A stretch of DNA of 63,165 nucleotides, filler included, from Rhabdomonas costata (taxonomy: Eukaryota), in assembly GCA_019059605.1 (NCBI GenBank). It is 45 parts of 45 records of this genome, joined end to end, with 100 filler letters (N's around TTAATTAATTAA, not from the genome) between each part and the next. Parts side by side here need not be neighbours in the genome. Positions count along the whole stretch, not along the records: positions 22,497 to 23,828 come from JAHMHO010019929.1; positions 23,929 to 25,234 come from JAHMHO010019930.1; positions 25,335 to 26,640 come from JAHMHO010019931.1; positions 26,741 to 28,046 come from JAHMHO010019932.1; positions 28,147 to 29,452 come from JAHMHO010019933.1; positions 29,553 to 30,859 come from JAHMHO010019934.1; positions 30,960 to 32,263 come from JAHMHO010019935.1; positions 32,364 to 33,669 come from JAHMHO010019936.1; 37 more parts are not named here. One strand, written 5' to 3'. The notes under the pieces were generated by a model. The model was not told where the DNA came from, ran no database searches, and worked only from the letters and a program-made list of their open reading frames with translations. This document shows positions 22,570-35,308 of this stretch, piece after piece (position 1 is the stretch's first letter; the number at the start of each line of letters is the position of its first letter). The translations under genes were made by a program, and so were the position numbers.

Positions 22570-25334
22570 TGTGGGTGGCACCCTGGCCAACCCAAGTTGC
22601 AAGGCTCGAGTTTGACCCCGGGTAGATATGAAGGCAGATGCCAAAAATGGTGAAAATCGTGAAGGACACACCTGTTTTGGTTAGAGTCGTTTGCTACGTG
22701 ACAGTGCCATTTCTCACTACGAAAAGGCACAATTGTATGGGTGGGGCATTGAACGTTTAGCGCTGCTAATCGTTTCTGACTTTAGCGGATTATTGGAATA
22801 GTTGTTGCTGGGCTTTGACAGACAAATGGCACAGAATTAGGTGCGAGGGGTCAGTCCGCATCACGGGATGAGCGGGCGGATGGGTTGGGAGGTTCTTTGG
22901 GGTTGGGCTATGTTCCGTTTAGCAGTGCTAAACGACCGAATTGGGTGTTATGTTATTTGTAGGGCACAAGGGTTGGTGAAGTGTGACAACAACCTCAAAA
23001 TGCATTCAAGTTCATTTTTGTTTTAGCAAAATGGAGTTAATTATTGTGTTTCTCTGCCCCCTAGACAGACGCAATTTATTTAGGATTTTGCCTAAGTCTT
23101 CACTGGTTTTCATGGCCCTGTTCGGGTGTTGGTCTGTTATTTGGTCTTTTCACTCCAACGAGAAAAGTTGTAGGTCCCGAGGATTGGTCAATGCGACCAC
23201 TGAATCGCAATGTGATAGTAAATTGTGCGCATCCCAGCCTGTTTCTATTGTGGTGGTTTTCCATCACACATTGCAGTACCGCCACCGTCGTTTGCCGTGG
23301 GGTGTGCCCTTGCTTACTATTCAGGACCATCCCTTGGATGATTCGGAGATTCCAATCGAGAGTCCTTCGTGCGGGTCCACGGCAAACTCCACATTTTCTC
23401 CAGACCTGGTCTTCATGGACGTATGCCTTTTGCCACTCCTTCTGGTTTACAGTTCAGCTTTGCGTGAACACTAGCCACCTGCCTGGATTGCACGCCACGC
23501 AAGATGGGCCGCAACTTGCTGCTGGAATTTTCACAGAAAAATTTTTCCGCGTGTCTCTGTCTCTCTCTAACAAGATTTGGGTAAATCAGCCGATTGCTCG
23601 GCGTTAGGGCGTTCTTACAAGCTTTCGCCGTCTTCCTCCGGAACATCCAGCGCGCAGGTAGGTGGGGGTCTACAGTCCATAATTACGGCTTGGCTGTGGG
23701 ACTCACATCATTGTTATGCCAACAGCCAAAACTCGAGAGGGGGCAAAGCCCCTCCCTCTCTCCCACAGCCCACCATCGACCTGTGAAGTACCTAACCCAC
23801 CGGCATTTTTCAATAGCCCCCCAAAACCNNNNNNNNNNNNNNNNNNNNNNNNNNNNNNNNNNNNNNNNNNNNTTAATTAATTAANNNNNNNNNNNNNNNN
23901 NNNNNNNNNNNNNNNNNNNNNNNNNNNNGGGGTTTGGGAGAGGTGCCTGACAAGGAAGGGGATGAGGGGGGAGCTGGTTTTGTGAGTCTGTGGGTGGTCG
24001 ATTGCACATGGGACACACACAAGGGCGAGGTTGAGATGCTGGATTCCGTAGAAATCGCTTGGGATGCCGCGGAATGCCTTCGCAAGAACCAACGATTGAA
24101 TTTTCCTGAGCACTGTTGCCTCCTTTGATGGGGATGTGAGTGGCACTCATACTTACACATCGTGTGTTTCGGGGGAAAGGTGAATGCTCGGCCATTCGCT
24201 GTGACGCTGTGTACGGGCCTGGCCCTTCATCTACATTCTTGCCCCTGGCACACACGTCCAGCCCGTCATGGGTCATGAGCTGCGTTTGTATCTGCTCGCT
24301 TTTTTTTTTGGCTTCGTTGTGCTTCTGGGGGTTGTGCTGCAGCTTGGCATAGGCATAGGTCGGAAAATAATACCAACAACTCCCACTTCCCCTCTCGGGG
24401 GAAACCCCAGCCTGCCTACCAGTCATTTTCTGATTTTCCGTATTGAACAAAAAGAATCTCGCACGCCTCTTGGGAAACATAAAAAAACAACCAATGGGTT
24501 AACCTGAGATGTGCCATCCTCCCGCTCGTTGCTGGAACACGCAGCCCGTAAGCCCGCTACGCTAAGAGCGAGCAAGGGAGGCGTTCCGAGTTCCAAAAAA
24601 AAATGTATTCCGTTCTCCTGCTTCCGTGCGTCGCAATGTGGAGGGGGGGGGGGGGGGGGTGCAGGCCATTGTAGTTTCCTCCTTAACGTGCTCCTCTTTG
24701 GCGGTGACCTTGACGGTGATGGGCTCCACGGTGGCTCTGGCCGAGGCGGGGCTGGGGGTGGTGGTACGGGCCGTGGCGGCCGGTGGCCTGGGCGTGGTGG
24801 TGTCCATCACAGTCAACGCCTTCGGCTCCACCACCCCGACCTACCCCCCGATAACATTTCCCCTTCAGCAGTATGTAGCGAGACTGAACCCCGTACCCAC
24901 AACCTGGGTTCCCCTGTAGTAACTATTAAGGTTCATTGCGAACCTCGCACAAGTGCACAGGCAGTTCCCAGTTGGAAGTGTGCGAGTGTTACGGGATACT
25001 ACCGGTAGCGATTCCTGGTCATCAAATATTCCGAATAGCAGCCGAGGGGTGTCCGTGGATGTCTCTATTGACAAGTCATCATTTCGTCCAAAAACAAAAG
25101 CAGCTTGGAATGTCGAAAAGGACGATTGCATTGCGCGGAAAAATAAAAAAGGACGGAACCCCCCCCCCCGCACGGGAATCTGTACTTTGTAATCTGTGTC
25201 ACCCAGCAAAAACAAACCAACCACACCCACCACANNNNNNNNNNNNNNNNNNNNNNNNNNNNNNNNNNNNNNNNNNNNTTAATTAATTAANNNNNNNNNN
25301 NNNNNNNNNNNNNNNNNNNNNNNNNNNNNNNNNN

Positions 25335-26640
25335 GCTTCCCGGGTCTCCAGGGCGCTGGTGTCGTCGGCGTAGGCAGAGGGGATGGCCTCGGTCTCGGCG
25401 GAGATGGCCCGGGCCCACACCGACACCAACAGGTTCAGTAGCACCACGCTGAGCGGGCAGCCCTGGAGGATGACGTTCGTAGCCCGGAAGACGGCGCCCA
25501 CTCCACCGCAGAACTTGAAGCGGCGGCGCAGGTGGCCGTACATGCGGCGGATGGGGTCCATCAGCCTGCTCGATGCGCCCGACTCGGAGGCCAACCGGAG
25601 CATGAGCTCGTGCGGCAGGCGGTCGAAGCACTTCGCGTAGTCGAGGAGGATGCCCGCCAGCTCAGTGTTGGAGAGCAACGCGTCCTCGATCCTCAAGGCC
25701 AGCGCCCAGTAGATGTCCAGCGTGCCGTGCTTGGCGCGGAAGCCATGTTGTCCTGGATGAGCCCATCCTTCTTGCCACCGCATAACATCACGTAGGCGAG
25801 TGGCAGCCCAAAGGCGGTAGACCGCACTGGCGACGGAGATGGGTCGCATAGCCAGCGGTTCCCCGCCTTCGCCCTTCGGCACCAGCGTCACCAACGCGCG
25901 TTCCAAGGATCGAGGCCAGCGCCCGGTCTTCTCCACCTGGTTCAGCAGCTGGGCCAGCTTGTCCAGCAGGAGGAGCGGCAACGCCTTCAGCTCCGCCACG
26001 CGCCACCCGTCCATGCCCGCCGCGCAGTGCGAGGACTGCTTCGACAGCGTGGCCCGCAGATCTTCCGCCGTGAGGTCTTGGAGGTCCATCGGCACCTTCA
26101 CGATGTAGCGCCCGAACCGCGCGGCAAAGGGCTCCCAGCCGGGCTCGGGGCAGTCGCGGTAGAGCGCGAAGATGGGGTCCCACGCCGCCCGGAGGTGGTT
26201 GTCCATCTCATCAAAGTCGGCGGTAAAGGACCCGTCAGCCCGCTTGATCATGTTGGCCGGCACGTTGGGCACGCCCTTGGTGTAGCGGTAGAGGCGGCCC
26301 GGAGAGCGGTGCCAGCTGTGCTGTACCCAGTCCGCCCAGGTGTGGCGGCGTACGCGGCGGGTCTTCTCAGACAGCTCCGCGCAGAGGGCGCGAAGACCGG
26401 AGAGGGCACCCGTGACTGGACCTCGAGGAGCAGGATCGGCTTGTAGTAGAGGTGTTACCCATCCACTCGAGGAGGAGAGCAGCCCACCCGCAGACGCGCG
26501 GATGTGCGCCCAGAGCTTGCTCGTCGAGAAGGAGGTTACCACGGGACCCTCTGCGGGGAGGGCCCGCAGATACTCCTCCACCCGTCGCGTCAGCTTCAGG
26601 AGCCGTAGTTGTTGTTGGCCAAGAGCACCAGGTTCCCCAG
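25335..26640 (-). mobile_element. Non-LTR retrotransposon reverse transcriptase, open ORF fragment
   Basis: AAGMDGW, LVPKG...RPISV...YRLWA, QHGFR, LDYAKCFD, ILQGCPLS and AYADD occur in order. Intronless, GC-rich, no stops in over 430 codons. Confidence 0.95.
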
Positions 26641-26918
26641 NNNNNNNNNNNNNNNNNNNNNNNNNNNNNNNNNNNNNNNNNNNNTTAATTAATTAANNNN
26701 NNNNNNNNNNNNNNNNNNNNNNNNNNNNNNNNNNNNNNNNGTGTGTTGGGGAAAACGGGAAGAAAAAAAGAAAAGGTGTCCTAGTCAAGCCGCGCGCAGC
26801 GTGGGTGCTCGTACGGGGGGTCCTATAGCACTGTCTAATTCCTGTCTGACACCGCCAGACGTCTCTTGTGGTTTACATGCGAATCACTTTCGTGTCTGTT
26901 CCTCTTATATTGCCGCAG

Positions 26919-27573
26919 GTTTCGAAGACCCACTCCACAGGAGAGGTCTTCCGAGAGGCCGTCGCGATCAACCAAAGCCTCAGTGCTTTGCTCGATGTGG
27001 TGAAGGCCCTGGCCAGCCGCAAGAAGCTGGTGGTCTTCCGGCAGAACCTCCTCACGCTGTACCTCAAGGACAGCCTCCTGAACTCCTACTTCGCGCTGAT
27101 CTGCTGCTGCTCCGTGGCCGCACCCAGCCTGGACGAGACCCTCTGCACGCTGAGCTTTGGCTCAATGTGTGCGCCCCACTCGTGTCCTGTTGGTCCAGTA
27201 CTCCCCTCAAACTTATAGGGCCACGTCACCAGCAGGACGCGGAAGCGGATGTGGTCATTCCACACTTCGCGGTGCTCTGCAGTGAGCGGCCAATTTACGT
27301 TTGAAGGGAAGGACGGTTAGCATTTCTGTTTGAGTGGTGGGATTGAAAATTTAAATTGGAACGGAAGTGATGCCGAGAGGCTGTGCTCTTCCGTTGTTCA
27401 GTGCGAAGACCGTGCAGATCACCCGCGTGCGCAACGTGCTTCGGTCCCCCCAGAAGAGGGCTACGAATGAGGGCCCGCTGGAGGGCCCCACGGGGCCCAC
27501 GGAACCCCCGCAGACTGTGACGATCAGCGTGCACGAGTACGAGGAGCTTCGTGCGCAGCTGCTGCAGCACAAG
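26919..27573 (+). CDS. Kinesin motor domain C-terminal part and neck; exons 26919-27166 and 27402-~27573
   Basis: EAVAINQSLSAL..V..AL, FRQNLLTLYLKDSL and ETLCTLSFG...AK are kinesin motifs. Confidence 0.9.
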
Positions 27574-28234
27574 GCCTGCTCCCTTCCTTTGTGAGGGCCT
27601 GTGCGTGTTATTTCAATGGACTTTCTGGAGTTCTATTCTCTGCGGGCTGATATGCAGCAGGCGATGCAAATGCATGAGGTGTAGGAAGGTTACGTTTTTT
27701 CTTCCCATTGCGCAAAAATGGTTGAGGTTGGTGGAAGAGAAGCGCGGCATAAGTGAGCGGTCTCGTTCCCCATGCAGTGATCCTGTTCAGCAAGCAAACA
27801 AAGAACAGAAAAATAACACCACTAACCTTTGGGGTTCTTTTTTTGAAGGTAAACAAAATTAGACATTCGGCGTTGGATTTCCATTCAGCAACGCCATCGG
27901 AGCTGCTGTTTGCGCAGCAGATTCTCGCGGAGGTTTAGGAATCCTAATGATGCTGAAGATTTTTTTACCTTCAAAAAAAGAACCCCAAAGGTTAGTGGTG
28001 TTATTTTTCTGTTCTTTGTTTGCTTGCTGAACAGGACCACCACAACNNNNNNNNNNNNNNNNNNNNNNNNNNNNNNNNNNNNNNNNNNNNTTAATTAATT
28101 AANNNNNNNNNNNNNNNNNNNNNNNNNNNNNNNNNNNNNNNNNNNNTTTTGGTTTTCGCTTTCTTTTTTTGATTCAGTTTTGTGCCCATTTTTTCTTCTG
28201 TTTCACCTGCGCTCCACTCTGCCGGTTTTAAAAG

Positions 28235-29149
28235 ATGTCTTGGATCTGGGGCTCGAAGAAGACCGCTCCCTCTGCGGGCTCTGCCGCCAGCGGCGCTGCG
28301 GCAGCAGAGGCTCAGTCCACTCCCTCGAAGGAGCCCGACGCGACCTCCGCCTCCGACGATCGCATTCGGGAGATTGAGGACGACGATGAGTTCACCGTGA
28401 TCACAACCAAAGGTCTTCGTGTGGGTTCTCCTCTTCATATGCGCTTCCGCGGTCCGGTACAATGAAGAATTGAACCTCTCCCCCCCCCTCGCTTACAAAA
28501 TAATGAGGGCAGGTCTCAGGAAAACCGACGAATAGAGGGGCTGGAGATCGATTGCATCCTTACTTTCCTCCCCGTGGTGGGCTACTGCTGTATTCTTTTC
28601 TGTTGAGACACGACACGACAGGGACAAAATATCGCATTATTTTCGTATCCATTCCTTTTTGCATCACGTCAAAATGCCGGGGATAGATTGTGATCGGCGA
28701 GTTGGAAAGCAATGAGCGAGGAAACAAAAAACCCAAGTGCGGAGGGGGGTCCAGAGGCGGCAACCAAGTCGTGCTCTCGCGATGGGAAGCGCAGCTGCCC
28801 ATGACCAAGGATACCCACCTCGCTCATTTTTCAGTAGCAGTTTTGAGTGTCAATTGGTTTCAGGAACTGTTGCCCCGATTTCTGATTTCTCACTTGGAGA
28901 AGGCCCGTGGCAGTGAAGGTGCAGATTTTTGTCCAAGGAGTGGGGGCGAAGGGAAAGCAAAAATTAGTGCTCGAAAGTAATCGCACCCTCTAAGTGCTGT
29001 GGGTTTTCAGATGAGCTGGATAAGCTCCACACAACCATTGCTGCGAAGGATGAGGAGAACCAAAGTTTGCACTTGAAGGTGGCGGTGCTCACCACCCGCC
29101 ACGACTCCTCAGAGAAGGCCCATAAGCAAGAAGTTGCCTTCAAGGAGAG
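28235..29149 (+). CDS. Hypothetical coiled-coil protein N-terminus; exons 28235-28412 and 29011-29149
   Basis: ATG directly follows an AG. The in-frame GT-AG splice gives ...VITTKDELDKLHTTIAAKDEENQSL.... Confidence 0.55.
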
Positions 29150-29552
29150 GTCTGTCTCAGCCCCCACCCCCTATCCTTCGCTCTCTCCAAGTCGCCTGCC
29201 TTTATGAGGCGGTGACGTTGAGTGGAAGTAGGACACTGTGAGGAGAGTAGGCGCGTGAACGGGATTGGGGTGACCTCTGTGCTTGCACAGTTTTGTGGAC
29301 CGTGTTGTACATTTTCTCATGACATACTTGTCCTTTTTTTTTTTCACGTAGTAAGTCTCAGCACTGCGGCACAAAAGAGTTCTTGCAGTAACAGGGTCAG
29401 CACAACAAACAGACCGATTTTACACAATGATACTCAAGAAAACCCCAAACCCNNNNNNNNNNNNNNNNNNNNNNNNNNNNNNNNNNNNNNNNNNNNTTAA
29501 TTAATTAANNNNNNNNNNNNNNNNNNNNNNNNNNNNNNNNNNNNNNNNNNNN

Positions 29553-30859
29553 GTGGGGTTGGGTAAAATGCCGGTAAAGCTATACTTGAGAGTGATAAAG
29601 ACGGCGATCCCAGTGGTGCTGGGATACCAGTTCTTGACTCGGCTACAACCACAGATTAATTGGAAACGCCGTTTTGTTAAAGTGTGGGGAAGCGGACGGA
29701 TATATGAGATTCAGGCGTTACCAGTTGTGGACTCTTTCCGCATCACTTGTCCCACTACGGGCATGTTGGAGGCGGAACGAGACAGCGGACAGGCCAGCGA
29801 CAGACCACCCGAGCAGCCACAGTTTCCTTTGGCAAGCTCAGCAGGGGAGGGTAGAGAACCCAAAGCTGATTTTTTTCAGCCAATGGTGGATAAATCGGCC
29901 GTGGTATCAGTGGAGACCGAAATCGGGCCAGTGGAGGCGGAAGAAGTCACGCCAACTAAGCAAGATCAGCTCGCTATTGCCAGAGCGTCGGAACCGAAGT
30001 GGAAGGTAAAGCGGAAGTTACGGAACTCGCCCAGGAAAGAGGTGGAGAAGCTGATAAAGGAAGTGGACCACAGCATCTGTGGCCCCCCGTGTGAGGTTTT
30101 ACCCACCCCGCCCGAGATTGAGAAGCTAAATCGGGAGTTTGCAAGAATTTTCCCAGCTTCAGTTCCCGGAGGGCTTCCCCCCTCCAGAAGAACAGATCAT
30201 CGGATAGATTTGAAACCGGACAGCAAGGTCCCGGCACAAAGGTTATATCGTATGTCCCCAGCTGAAGATGAGGAGCTGAGGAAGCAGCTAAAGAGCTTGC
30301 AGGAGCTCGGTTTCATAGAGCCAGCAACCTCTCCTTACGGAGCTGGAGTGCTGTTCGTGCCAAAAGCCAACGGTAAATTGAGACTGTGTGTGGACTACAG
30401 ACCGCTAAATGCAATTACTGTCACGGATTCGTACCCCATGCCACGGATAGACGAGATGATTGATCACGCAGGCAAAGCTAAATGGTTTTCGAAGTTAGAC
30501 TTGCACGCAGGATTTCACCAGATTAGGATACATCCAGACCACGTGGAGCGGACGGCATTTAAGACGAAGTACGGAGCCTACCAGTTTTTGGTGATGCCGT
30601 TCGGCTTGTGTAACGCCCCAGCTACATTTCAGCGGACGATGGATTTCATTCTGGAAGACCTTCGGGAGACGACGGGGGCGTACGTGGATGATATATTGGT
30701 GCACACGGACACGTTAGAAGCGCACGTCGAGGCGTTGCGAGTGCTATACCAGAGGTTGGATAAAGAAAAGCTATATGCAAATCCGGATAAATGCGTGTTT
30801 GCTCAGTCTGAGGTAGAGTACTGTGGTTTCATTGTGGGAAGGAATGGAATCAGGCCACA
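29553..30859 (+). mobile_element. Ty3/gypsy LTR retrotransposon pol (protease end plus RT), open ORF fragment
   Basis: Motifs LPPSR..DHRIDL, GFIEP..SPYGA.VLFVPK, LRLCVDYRPLN, FSKLDL..GFHQIRI, KTKYG.YQF.VMPFGL.NAPATFQ, YVDDILV, KC.F. Confidence 0.97.
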
Positions 30860-31572
30860 NNNNNNNNNNNNNNNNNNNNNNNNNNNNNNNNNNNNNNNNN
30901 NNNTTAATTAATTAANNNNNNNNNNNNNNNNNNNNNNNNNNNNNNNNNNNNNNNNNNNNAGAATGGTTCCGAATGCTTTGTATTGGTGGCAATCCATTTG
31001 TCTTCGGCATGACAATGGACCAATGGATTGGAATGTCTGCAAAAACAGTTTTGGACGTGTTGCATATTCTTGTCAGTATCCACTGGATTACGCGCACGTG
31101 CCCCCTTTCCATGTGGGTGTGCCTTTCTCTATTTCACTCTCCCTCTGGGCAGATGTGGTACCCGCCCTCTTCGGTTTTTTGTGTTTATTCGGTTTGGCCT
31201 AAAAAGTTTCCACCAGCACAGGTCCCGAAGTCGCAAAAAGAAACGACTTCAGTGAGAACATTCTTGCAAAAGAAGCAATGCGGCAACCAGTGCTTGCGAT
31301 TTCGGGGAGTGCAATCATCTGACCCCCACCCTCCAATCACTCAAATGTTCACGCCAGCTGGCGTGCTAGATGTAGCCTGGCTACATCTTGCAATCTTGTG
31401 GGCTGTAGTTCCGGCTGCTGTAGCCGTTTCCCCCGGCAACTTCTTTTTTCTCCTTGTTTCTCTTCTTTCTTTTCTCCTTGTATCTGGAGTCATTTTTTTG
31501 TTTCGCAGTCCGCAATTTTTTTTGAGGAGATCCCCAAAGTCATCCTCCTTTCCGCCACAGCCCACAGCGACG

Positions 31573-31850
31573 ATGATTAAGTGGTTTGTGCTGTCTGTGC
31601 TGTGCGCCTTGCTGGGGTTGTACAGTCCCGACATCTACCGGGTTGCCCGGGCGTGCTTCTTTGGCTCCGCGTTTGAAGCCGCGGAGGTGGGATCGATCTC
31701 CCGCCTGCGGGCCTTGCAGGCCCAAGGGGTGCTCCTGAACCTCACCGACTCCCAGACAGGAAACACCCTCCTGCACCACGCCACAGACCCGGCAACGATC
31801 GACTTCCTGGTGGAGCAAGGGGTAGACGTCAACCTTCCCAACAGCAAGGG
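31573..31850 (+). CDS. Ankyrin-repeat protein, first exon with N-terminal hydrophobic anchor
   Basis: MIKWFVLSVLCALLGL followed by AAEVG, TGNTLLHHA and FLVEQGVDVN..NSKG; GTCTGG donor. Confidence 0.8.
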
Positions 31851-32419
31851 TCTGGGGCCTTCTGTGAATGGCGGGAGAGGAGTGGACTTCTGCATGGTGT
31901 GGTGGGGCGCATTTCCAGCATGCCTCTGCCGAATCAAAATGTTGGTCTCGCTCCTGCAATGGGTTCGTGGGAGATGACTATGCGAACATAATCTTTCATG
32001 ACTCTTGCATACGGAGCTTTGAACGAGTCTCGTTCGAACACCTGTGCACACTGCGCATAAATTCGACCCCCCCCCTTTCACTCATTCATACCTAATTTAC
32101 CTTATTTAGTTTTGTTGTTCCTTATTCACATGTGCACCTTATTTTGCACCTGTATACGTTCACCCGCATACACTGTCAACAGCAAGATGCACGCTGGGTC
32201 CTCACAACATTAACGGACCATCTGCCTGGAGTGGAGTACCATGGCGACGGCTCCTGGGCCACCNNNNNNNNNNNNNNNNNNNNNNNNNNNNNNNNNNNNN
32301 NNNNNNNTTAATTAATTAANNNNNNNNNNNNNNNNNNNNNNNNNNNNNNNNNNNNNNNNNNNNGTGGGGTTGGAGAGGTACGTCTCGAGCAGTAGCTACT
32401 GCTCGAGACGTACCTCTCC

Positions 32420-33560
32420 AACTCGGCACCTGCTGCCCCCATATTCCACATGTGCCACAGGGGAAGACCTAGTTGAAGTGTGGGGGCCACAGTTTCTTTC
32501 ACCCCAATTGCCTTAAGCCCAGCGTCCAAGAATATACTTGAGAGCTCCCATGGCGTGCGAGCAACTATGTAGTGTCAGTGGCCGATGTCAAGAGGCAACT
32601 ACGGCCACGTGCGGTTCGTGGACCCGCTGAGTGCTCACCTGGCGGGGAGGCAGGTCACCATCCAGATCACCGCTGCTGTTTCACCCACGGTTGGTTTAGA
32701 CAAGCTGTGTCCCCTAAGTGCCAATCCAGTCGGGGTGGTCGAGAGCTTCCAGTATCCACTCAGCAGCCGTGCATGTCCCTCAAGTGGTAGAAGTCTTCAC
32801 ATGTCATCATCGAAGCAAGATCGCTGCATTTTGTGCATCTTTGCAGTGTACCCCTGGGCCTGAAGCCAATGAGCTTCGAAAAACGGTTTTCGCGGACAAG
32901 CCACTCCTCTGCCGAATGTCAAGAACGCTCTCCAGAGACACGCCTTTCTAGATGTCTTTATTCAAAATATTGTTCAGTTCTCTCAGGAGTTCAAGAACGT
33001 CGGGTGGAACTGCGTAAGGAAGATAGTTGTAACCGAATAATTTTGGATTTCGAGCGTTTCTGTAAACGTCCACCAAGCAATTCTCGAACCAGCGAAACCG
33101 GAAGTTGGGAGAGCTTAAAGGCAACCTTTTTTGCACCCCGTCAGTATAATCGCCACTGCGGCGTCTATCACGTCTTGCTGAAGAGCGCATCGATTGCTGA
33201 GTACTGGTGCTCAGTGGGCAGCTCGATTTCTGTCGCTCCCTGAGACAGCAAGTGTTTCGTCTTTAATGGAAGCTTGGTAGATGCCCTGACTTTGCGATAC
33301 AGGGCGCCACCAGGGCTGATTAATGGGCTGTAGAGATTTCTATCAGCAGTGACGAGGGAAGACTGAAAGGGCATGAATTCGAGGAGCCAATTCGTAGGAT
33401 GGGCGGCTTCGTCAACGACCCCTGTCAGCGACTGACCACCTCGTCGCCCATGTTTCCCACCCAGGGGGCACTGGAAAAAGTGTAATGTCACGAGAGTATC
33501 AATCAGCGGACGATGCCTCGGCGATATAGTACGTTCCCATGCATCCTTCGACCACCCGGG
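32420..33560 (-). pseudogene. Highly degenerate non-LTR (CRE-like) retrotransposon remnant
   Basis: Frameshifted remnants GVQKRLPLSSPNF (RT motif GV.QG.PLS..LF) and downstream LQLGLP, with multiple stops. Confidence 0.45.
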
Positions 33561-34186
33561 GGGCAGATGGAAAACACGGTGGCATTGGAGAGGCCACGGC
33601 TCCCTCTGATGTGCACCTGCATAATCTAATTGTGCTGACAATTTGCGCGAAAACGCATAACACCCAACANNNNNNNNNNNNNNNNNNNNNNNNNNNNNNN
33701 NNNNNNNNNNNNNTTAATTAATTAANNNNNNNNNNNNNNNNNNNNNNNNNNNNNNNNNNNNNNNNNNNNCACTGTCAAGGACGTAAACAAGGCCTGAAGT
33801 TCATCTTCTATTGTGGTGACGATCGGTGCCTTGCAGAGCGGAAAAATCAACCCAAAGGAGTTTATTCAACCCAAAGGAGTGTCTGATCTCCAAACCTGCA
33901 CAACCGGAGCAGATCCCGAAAAAGACTATTGGGGAGAGGTTAAGACGCAAAAAATTTGGCTCAGCACGGTTCACGCAAACTTGCGTTGACTTATTGTCCT
34001 CTGTCCATGTGTTTGTGAGATTTACAACTGGATTTTCCAGATGGCATTTCCACATACGCCCATTGGAAACACGAACAGTCAAGTTCTTAGCTTGCTGGGC
34101 GTTCAGTGCTGGACAGGGCTGGGTTCTGGTTTCTGAGGCTTTTTACCGTGTGCGGTTTTTTCACTTGTGTTCCAATGCAACTGCAG

Positions 34187-35003
34187 ACACTGCGGGGACT
34201 GGGAAGCTGACGCTGGAGCAGTACAACACAGCCCTGCGGCACGCCCAGCTGCAGCTCACTCATAGGGTCCTGCCTGCTTGACCTCTCCGTGCTCTGTCTT
34301 TTGTTCTCTGAAGCCCCCAGCAGTGGCATTGTAGGTACTGCGCGGACTCCATCGTGGCTGGGCACTTGGTGCGGTGGTTGAACCTCGAGACCAAGAGGAA
34401 AGTGAGCAGATAAGGAAATTGATGTATAGGAAATAGGGCTCTTTGGCCCTCTGGGGGTGGGTGAAACGGCTGATGGTCGGGACCAGATTGACCAAGAAGG
34501 GATTTTTGCATATCCCCTTTCAGAACAGCTCCCTGGCCCAAGGGCTTAGCCTCCCGAAACGCTCCGTGTGGCTGGTCATTGGGGTCGGAATTTTCTGACT
34601 TTTCGCCCTCGGCCGCTGTGGCAAACTTTAGGACGCAAAAGTGAACAGCAGTGTACTTTGCAAGCGAGTCAGCAAGCAAAGAAAGTCAGAATGTATCTAC
34701 TGTGGGACTTTAGGACATGGTTTTTTTCAAACTTTTGTGGCGGCAGGTGATCTCTACCAATGGAGGCAAATTGAGCCACACTGGATTCCAGATCCTCTGT
34801 GCTGATTGCTTTTGAGCCCACCACTTGAGGCGTGCTTTTTGTCCACCTGCCTGCAGGACATCGCGCTGCTGACGGCGGAGGCCATGGTCTCTGCAGACGG
34901 CAGCGTGCAGTACGCCGACGAGCTGCGGCGGGCCTTTGGGCTGCTGCTGAGCTCGCTGATGTTCGAGAAGTTCGCCACGGAGTGGGCAGAGGGCAAGCTG
35001 TAG
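34187..35003 (+). CDS. EF-hand-like protein C-terminus; exons 34187-34266 and 34857-35003
   Basis: DTAGTGKLTLEQY and ADGSVQY resemble a degenerate EF-hand pair. The in-frame GT-AG splice leads to a TAG stop. Confidence 0.6.
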
Positions 35004-35308
35004 CCGCCCTTCCCCGGGCTGGACTGAATGCGTGCTGTGCTTGTTTGGACGTCCCTTCATTGGCTCTTTGGTCANNNNNNNNNNNNNNNNNNNNNNNNNN
35101 NNNNNNNNNNNNNNNNNNTTAATTAATTAANNNNNNNNNNNNNNNNNNNNNNNNNNNNNNNNNNNNNNNNNNNNGTGGGGGGTGGGATTCACAATCCCAA
35201 GAGTCTGGATGACGCCCAGCCATAAACAAACACCTCACCTCACGTCTTTTACAACACTGTAACACTGTAACAGCTTTTCTCCCTTTTGAGACGACACAGG
35301 CCTCATAC

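Noticed and set aside
23326..23420. PDLVFMD resembling a response-regulator receiver motif
   Set aside because: No other receiver motifs are present and the reading frame is uncertain.
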